Assembly: GCA_907165135.1 (NCBI GenBank)
Contig: OU015569.1
Coordinates: 6,758,001 to 6,822,000 of the forward strand
DNA length: 64,000 nt
Direction: 5' to 3'
DNA from: Oikopleura dioica
Lineage: Eukaryota; Animalia; Chordata
Part shown: piece after piece, positions 56,950 to 64,000 of the stretch
Layout: every line of letters starts with the position of its first letter
Position numbering within the stretch: position 1 is the first letter of the stretch
Program-made: the position numbers and the translations under genes
Notes under the pieces: model-generated
Told to the model about the DNA's origin: nothing
Seen by the model: the letters and a program-made list of their open reading frames with translations, nothing else
Databases searched by the model: none

Positions 56950-57857
56950 CACTCACTGCACTGTTTGGAGGTGAAGCGAGTTTGGATCTGCTCGACAGAG
57001 AATGAGGTGATTTCGATGTGGCCGTCACGTGTTCAAATACGTGTTCTGATAACGCATCCGCCGTCTTGAAACTCTCTGAACAGTTGGCCCAGCGACACTC
57101 ATTTATTGCGCGTTCTTCCGGATGCGAGGAGAAATTTTGAGCAAGTCGCGGTGTTTCTTGTTTGAGTGCAGGGGAGAAGTTACGCAGCAACGGGACCGCG
57201 TTCAGAGAGGGCATCTGATTTGGAAGATAGTGCTGTGTAGCGGCAAGTGACAGCTGCAGTTGCTGCTGATATAATGTCCAGTTACTTAATAATATGAATT
57301 TAGGAGACTATGAGTGATTTTGAATCTTACGTTAATCCATTGATCAAAGAGTATTGAGAGTTTTGATACTGCCACGATCTGAGAATTCGTTCAATCTCTG
57401 GTGGACGCTGAGAAATAAAACTGCTAAGAGGATGTCTCAGAGCCGACAATTTAGAAAAACTTGACACGGGAGAGCGAAAGTACGGCCTTCCTCTACTGCC
57501 ACTGGAGGAGATTTCTTTCCTCTGAGGGGAGTTCGTTTGAGTTGATGTTTTTTTCAGAGGTGGAGGCTGGTAATAACTAGAGTTTGGAGGAGATCTCGAT
57601 GTGGGAAGAACGACGTCAACAATCTCGACAGGACTGGCCTCGTCAGACGAGTCTGACCGCTTACGTTTCGATCCAGCAGCAACAAGACTGGATTTTCCTT
57701 CATCTTTTATTGCAGCGCAACAGGCTTCTAACAAATCTATTGGCGATTTACCAAGCTAAAAATACAAAAGATTAAATAAAAGTCCATGTAAATAGGATAT
57801 TTCATCTTCTATGCTTTTACTTTTATCTTTTACCTGAGTGCAATCATTTTCGGACAT
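56921..57857 (-). CDS. NET-family-like (ZNF503/ZNF703/NocA) single C2H2 zinc finger protein
   Basis: Sp-box-like KSPIDLLEACCAAI near the N-terminus, a Ser/Pro-rich middle, and one finger CRWANCSESFKTADALSEHVFEH. Confidence 0.55.
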
Positions 57858-58299
57858 TTCCTCGGTCTTCTTTGCTATCTGTAAAACGCTCTTATCTGAA
57901 AATCATAGAAGGCGGATAAAATCAAATGACGGGAGGGCGCTAGCGACTTTGGGTATCAAACTGCCTGGGGGGAGTGCGATTTTTCTTCAAAATCAAACCT
58001 AATCAATCAGCGATCACCAACAACTTAACCAATCAATCAACAACTTAGCTTTTTGGGCTCTTCTTGAACATAAGCACTGTATAAGGAATTTTAATCTTTT
58101 ATCTTGAGTTCAGTAAGAGTCAATTCAATTTACTCTTCATGGGAAAATATCGCTCGAAGAATCGAACATTCTTCCTGAGAACAGATATTTCTAAAAAAAC
58201 CTAAAATATTAATACGAAAGAAAGGATCGAAAATTGTCAAAATAACCGAATAGACGAAAAGATACATGACGGAGATGTTCGACGGGTGAATGATCAAGC

Positions 58300-59245
58300 A
58301 AGAAATTGATGAAAAGCTGTCTGGATGAGCTCAAGGGAGTAATCAGTAGTCAATTTGAGCAAGTGAACTTGCCGACAGCACCTCGTCGATGACTTAAGTG
58401 GAGGATAAAATGATTGATCGGCTGGGGATAAGTGAACATGATCCACGTCTTCGAAACTGTCGACAAAGCTTTCTTGAGTTACGACCTGATGACCTTAGTG
58501 GCATTTTGAAAATCTAGCTGTCGCATTCGCCTCTTCCAGTCTGCGTCTCGCAATTAACAGTTGCTTCCAGATCTATAGCTCCTAAAAGTAAACTAAAGAA
58601 ACGGTATTCGAGAGCTTCATCAACTTTCAACCTTTGAAAACAATCAATCATATAGCAAAAGAGAGTCGCTATGGACGATTCGGCGATTCTTCGAAAATAG
58701 CTCTTTCGAGTACTTTATGACGCTTGAATTGACAGGCGTCCAATCGCCTCCAGAAGGTTTAAACGCGCTGATATATTCGCTTTGGGCCATCAGTCTCAAG
58801 TGAAGAATTCCGAATAGTGATAGATTGATACCACTGTTTGTTATTTCGTTGACAAATGGGGACTGCTCCAGTCCGCAACTGCCAGATACGCTGTCATCGA
58901 AGGGACACCGCTCAAGCACCGGAATCAAAGTCGTCACATTTGACAGCTTGTGAGGAATTTAAACCCGTCAAGTTGAACACCGAGGCAACTCTCCGCAATC
59001 AAGGATAACAAGCAACTTTGATAGTGAAGTACTTTTTTATAAATACAGTTTTTGATACAGTACCAATAGTACTCAATTTTTGCTACTTTCTCTAGAAAGT
59101 AAATTGTTTATTTTGCGCAGAAAAAATAGAATTCCACGAGATCAGCAACGAATAGAGCGAGAAGTCTCTTTTTGTACCATTTTTCGGGATCCTCTATTAG
59201 ATCTGCAACGGGAATCGTAGAAGGGTCGTCTATCAAAACACACAT
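58300..59245 (-). CDS. Uncharacterised protein
   Basis: Several open minus-strand exons (MCVLIDDP..; TTLIPVLERCPFDD..). Structure and 3' end uncertain. Confidence 0.3.
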
Positions 59246-59341
59246 TTTATCGATGGAGCGGAAATTGACCGCGATAAGTTGCAACTTCCGCAATACGAGA
59301 ATGCTGATTTATAATGACTGCTTCGACGGGCTTCAAGCACG

Positions 59342-59423
59342 GCGAGTTTGTCCGAGTGGTTAAGGAGTCTGACTCGAAATCAGATGGGCTCTGCCCGCAC
59401 AGGTTCGAATCCTGTAGCTCGCG
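59342..59423 (+). tRNA. tRNA-Ser (anticodon CGA)
   Basis: Acceptor stem GCGAGTT/AGCTCGC plus discriminator G, D-loop AGTGGTTAAGG, anticodon arm TCTGA-CTCGAAA-TCAGA, long variable arm, T-loop GTTCGAATC, and a T4 terminator just downstream. Confidence 0.96.
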
Positions 59424-59625
59424 CGTCTTTTGCCGGCGTTAATTTTATTATTTCTCGATAAATTACAATTAATCATCAATAAATGCAACGAAATAAACAC
59501 TTCTTCGACAAGGATTTCTTTGAATTAATACGTGAAAGATTGAAAATAATTTTTTTAAGAAGAAAAACTTTTAAAAATCGCTAAAAGTATGAAAAATGTC
59601 ATTTTGATTTATGCGTTTCTAGAAC

Positions 59626-61559
59626 ATGTTGTTGAAGAAGGGGATGAGTGACTGTAGTTGGATTTTTGGATTCAGTTCGAAAAGCGCTTTCATCAGCAGC
59701 TTCGAAAAATGGCTAGAGCGGCAACCAAGGCAGCCAACGGCGCCAGAAAGACAAAATCCGAGGGCACCAACAAGATCACCAAGCGAACCAAGTTCGCCAA
59801 AGGTACGTTCGCTCGAGGGACTGAAGCCGGTTCTAGCTGAATTTGATTTCAGATGCGGTGCCCCTCGAGAAGAAGATTTCCAAAACTTTGGGCATCTCGA
59901 TCTCAACGGCAAAAGAGGCAATTGCCAACAAGAACGAGAAGCGAGTACTTCGCGGCGAGTGGCCAGCAGAGGAGCTTTTCTTCAAAGTAAAGCCAAAGTA
60001 ATCGAACTCGGTAAGACTTATCGCGAATTTAGACCTTCCCAGAGGACTCGGCTTACGAATACCTGTACACGATTCTGACAGAGCGCGGATGGAAATTCGC
60101 CGGGGAACCTTACAAAGGAGACGATATGAACGCGCTCGAGAAAGTCATCAAGAAAGCACAGCCAAAGTAAGCAACTACCGACCGTTTAGTGTTTTTCTAC
60201 CGAACGAATAATTAAGGCGTTGTCTCTGGCTCGTCGATGAGCAGGAAGCTCAGATTCTTTCGAAAATTCCAGCCGACAATATCCCGGGAGGACGACACAA
60301 GATTGGATGCATTCTTGGCGCAGAATCAGCTAATTACAAGGTTAAACTAACGTTTTTCTTTCCGAACTGACTGAAAATTTAGACGAACATCACCAAGAGA
60401 CTCAATGACAAGCCGTACTACCCTAAGAGCTACTACCTTCCAGCCGAAAAGGACAGATTCGAAGCCAGTATCGCGAAGGAGGAGCAGCCCTTGTGGATCT
60501 ACAAGGTATTTTCGAAACAAACAAAATAGGTTCTAGAGATGTTTCTTCAGCCGAAAAACGATTATGGCGGATCGGGATGTCTTGTGTACAATATTCACGA
60601 TAAGGAATTCAGACGCAAGATGGCAAAGATGATCCAGTCAAGACGGCATTTCATTCTTCAGCGGTAAGTAGCAATTTTAAAAGCAAGTAGCTGCAAGGGT
60701 ATTAGTAATTACTGTATCTAACGGTTAGAATTTCAGATACATCGAGAACCCCCTTCTTTTGGGCGACTACAAGTTTCACCTCCGAGTCTTTCTTGTAATA
60801 ACATCCATGCAGCCTCTGTGCGGGTACATGCACACGGGAGGTCAAGTGCTCTTTTCTACCCACAAATACCGCAGAGACGAAGACTCGCTTGGAGAAAACT
60901 TTGACAAGCATGCTCATCTCACCAACTGGTCAATTCATCACTTGTCCGACAACTTCTCTGCCCTTCTTGAAGACAAACCGGTAAGTCGGAAATCTTTTTT
61001 TATTGCATAAGTTATAGCATAACTGCGATTTTTGCAGCAATCTTAACTTTTCTTACAGGTTGTCGGAATCGGCTGCGAGTGGCGATGGCGAAAATTCATC
61101 TCTTACATGAAAAGTCGATTCTCTGATTTCAAGCCAGAACAAATTACATCTCAACTTGTCAGGATTTCCCGTGACGTCATGAACGCCATTGCTGCTCACG
61201 ACAACGTTAAGCGAAACATGAAGAAAATGGTGCATGGACGTCATTTCGAAGTCTTCGGCCTCGACGTGATGATTGACGATAAACTCAAATGCTGGCTGCT
61301 CGAATCGAACAACTCGCCTGGACTTAACAGATCCCCTGAAAAGGTAAGACCATCTCTGATGCATTTAAATGATTTATGCTCTATAGAGTTTAACATACTC
61401 TTCTAGGTCCGAGTTCCCGGAAGCAAAAAGACAAGATTGAATCCAGGTGCTCGTGGCGCTACTAAGGACACGCACTTCATCCTTCACGACTTGTTTACCC
61501 TACTTAACATCGACAACTTCAACAAGAAAGGATCGAAGAAAAACTGGATCAAGCTCTGA
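59626..61559 (+). CDS. Tubulin-tyrosine ligase-like (TTLL) family enzyme
   Basis: ATP-grasp motifs LWIYKPKNDYGGSGC, QRYIENPLLLGDYKFHLRVF, HLTN and FEVFGLDVMID..WLLESNNSPGL. Subfamily not assignable. Confidence 0.88.
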
Positions 61560-62719
61560 GCCCGAAAAACCGGAAACTTCTACTTTGTACTTCAGCCGTT
61601 CTAGCCTCATCAACCATTTTATGTATATTCTCCTGTATCTACCGACATTCCTATACTCTACATTCCAAAAACACGCTTTTATATAATATAAGTTTGGTTT
61701 TATTTTTCGCAAGTTTCTATTGAATTGCAGTAGAGGGTGATTTACTTTCTATATCGCAGAAAGGCGTTGTACTTGGAGAGATGAGAGACGTTAGAGTGGT
61801 TGAGTTTTCGTGGAGGGAGTTCAGTTGAGATTTCTTCTGAAAGTATAGTGAAGAAATCGCCAGATGCGCTGATTACCTTTTTCGAGTCTCTCTCGTTTGT
61901 TGAGGAAGAGTGTGTCGCAATGAGTAGAATCGCAAGTGTGGCTCAATTCGCAAAGTTCTTTGAAATGCTTCTGATGTTTCTAAAAATTAACATGAACGGT
62001 TAGCCAAGACTCAACTGGATAAAATCTACTAGAGTTACTTACGACATTCGACTTCCAGGCGGGAACGTAAATATCAGGGACAAGGTTCAAGTCCTGAGAA
62101 AACTTGAAAGACTCCTTTTGCTGATTTTCTTATTATGGTTTGTTTTTTGTTAAGATTATTTTATTTAATCGATTAAGAAAGAGAACTTTCATCAAAACCC
62201 ATTCCGTTACTCATCTCCTCTTTGCTGCTTGCTTCGTCGATGCTCCTTCTCGACTGATTCGTTTTTCAGATTTTCTCAGAGAAAACAGTGATGTTCTCGA
62301 AAAAAACGTGAAAAAAATAAACTTATTTTGTTGAGCGTTTCTAGGGAAGTAGACAGTCTTACGTTACGTAATGATTAGTTACGGAAGAATAGCCCGATAA
62401 AGGCTCACGAAAATTTACTCGATAATTTGAATACTGTTCGAAAGTCTTTTGAATTCATAAATTATTTCGAGTTAAGATGTGTTCCCTTATTTGGAAAAAG
62501 CAACAATGTTTTTCAAATTTAGAAACATCTTCGGGCAGGTGCTTCTACGAGTCGTTTCAAATGGATAGTTTTCACAAATTTTCAATCCAAAGTCAATTTA
62601 GAGAAATAAAATCTAAGTCAGCAGGTCCAGGAACGTCAAAGAATTTACGGAATTTTCTTTTTTTTTAATAAATACTAGTTTTTTAAATGAAAATGTTTCT
62701 ATATTTCGTATGAGTTGAA

Positions 62720-64000
62720 TGATATTCCAAACGTTTAGAAAAGCTTACCTCTGGGATTTTGAAGGCAGGATGACAGATCTAAATCTCCCAAGGTAAGTGC
62801 TTTTTTTCTTGAAGTAATGAATTATTTCTCTAAGATTCCAGCCGAAGAAAAAGAAGAAGAAGATATGTGGATATTTCGGAAGTGCTATGATGTTTGTCGT
62901 AAAAAGCATCACTGTGGTCGTGCTTATGATTGTACTTCTAAGAGCGCGGTTTTAGAAACATATTTTTTTAAATAAAACAGCTTGTTCTGAACCTAAAAAG
63001 TCTTTACGATCGATTCGTTGGTGCACCACGGCTCTACAAAGTTATTGGCATTGTGAACGGTATGCTTGCAGCGAAAATCCAAGTCAAAAGATTTTCAGAT
63101 AACCCAGATGCACCTCATTTCGATGGAGAGCCGGAACATTCAATGGAGGTCGTCGACATCGTCGACAAATTGGAGAAGATCTATCCTCAAGAGTTTGGAC
63201 CACAAGAAAATCCTCCAAAATGAAAGATCTTCCCTGTCTTGGCAAATAAAATTTGTTTCAATAGAATATGCAAAAGCGATAGTTTCAAAAAGTGTTGATA
63301 ATTATATTTGATGACTATTTTGAAAAGCAAAGTAGAATGTTTTGACGAAGAGAAGAAGATTACGCAGCGCATAAAGGTACCTGAATATAATTTTCATCGA
63401 ACATGGCTTAGAGCCTGAATTGAACGGTAGAATAATACGCTCATCGGAATTATTTTTTATAAATAATTCCTATAAGAGTCTTTTTTCTAAACTGTTTCAT
63501 TTCAAAATGGTATTTCCGTTTCGGTCTAGGGACTATTTATGAGGAAGTACATCTGCTCTCGTCAAAGTTGAAATCGCGAAGGAAAATCATTTCTCTATTA
63601 CCAAATTGACCAGCTGGTAAGATCAAAAAAACAATAAAAGGGTGTTCCGGGCAGCTGAAGGGAATATAAACCACTCTTTATGAATTGTAATACAGTTCGG
63701 AAGATTCTCCGTATTCTTCCGAAAAAACAAGAATGAATGAGTTCTGGAAATTTTCTAGATAACTACATTTCGCATTATTTACATCGAAATAGCAGTCACT
63801 TGAATTAGGAGAACTGGCGACGTGGAGATATGTCGGAGATCCTGATTAACTGGGTCAACAACGATGTGAGAGTTAAAGAGGAAGTGCACCTAGAGAATGT
63901 CGGTCAAAGATTCAGGTATTTTCTACAGACTTTTTACTGAGTAAAATTTACTCAAACACATTCAAGCTCGGGATACTTGTTCGGGTGCATTATGAAATAC
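62720..64000 (+). CDS. Probable spliced gene(s) running off the window end, product unknown
   Basis: Short exon-like GC-richer blocks bounded by GT/AG. Reading frames ambiguous. Confidence 0.25.

Overview
This is a gene-dense eukaryotic window at roughly 40% GC, with very short introns (mostly 35-50 nt), several non-GT donors, an AG placed just before most start codons, and an oikosin-type Cys domain. Together these point to a larvacean tunicate of the Oikopleura type (inference). From left to right it holds: an R3 receptor tyrosine phosphatase; a co-oriented run SETD9, CFAP52, NUP50, AspRS and RBM26/27 that is a possible operon; attractin; two tandem PWWP genes; an Ig-superfamily membrane protein; a RING/TRAF-zinc-finger gene; several orphan genes; a DLC1/STARD13 RhoGAP; a four-TM protein; an oikosin-like secreted protein; a NET-type zinc finger; tRNA-Ser(CGA); and a TTLL enzyme. 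The most interesting signals are: (1) introns longer than the modal size repeatedly fold back on themselves, including a GA-AG intron bounded by a perfect 12-bp inverted repeat (introner-like); (2) a 575-bp foldback MITE in a SETD9 intron carrying three bZIP sites in each arm; (3) a WHEP domain fused to aspartyl-tRNA synthetase. Exon boundaries were derived by eye from frame continuity and remembered protein alignments. No folding program or database search was run.
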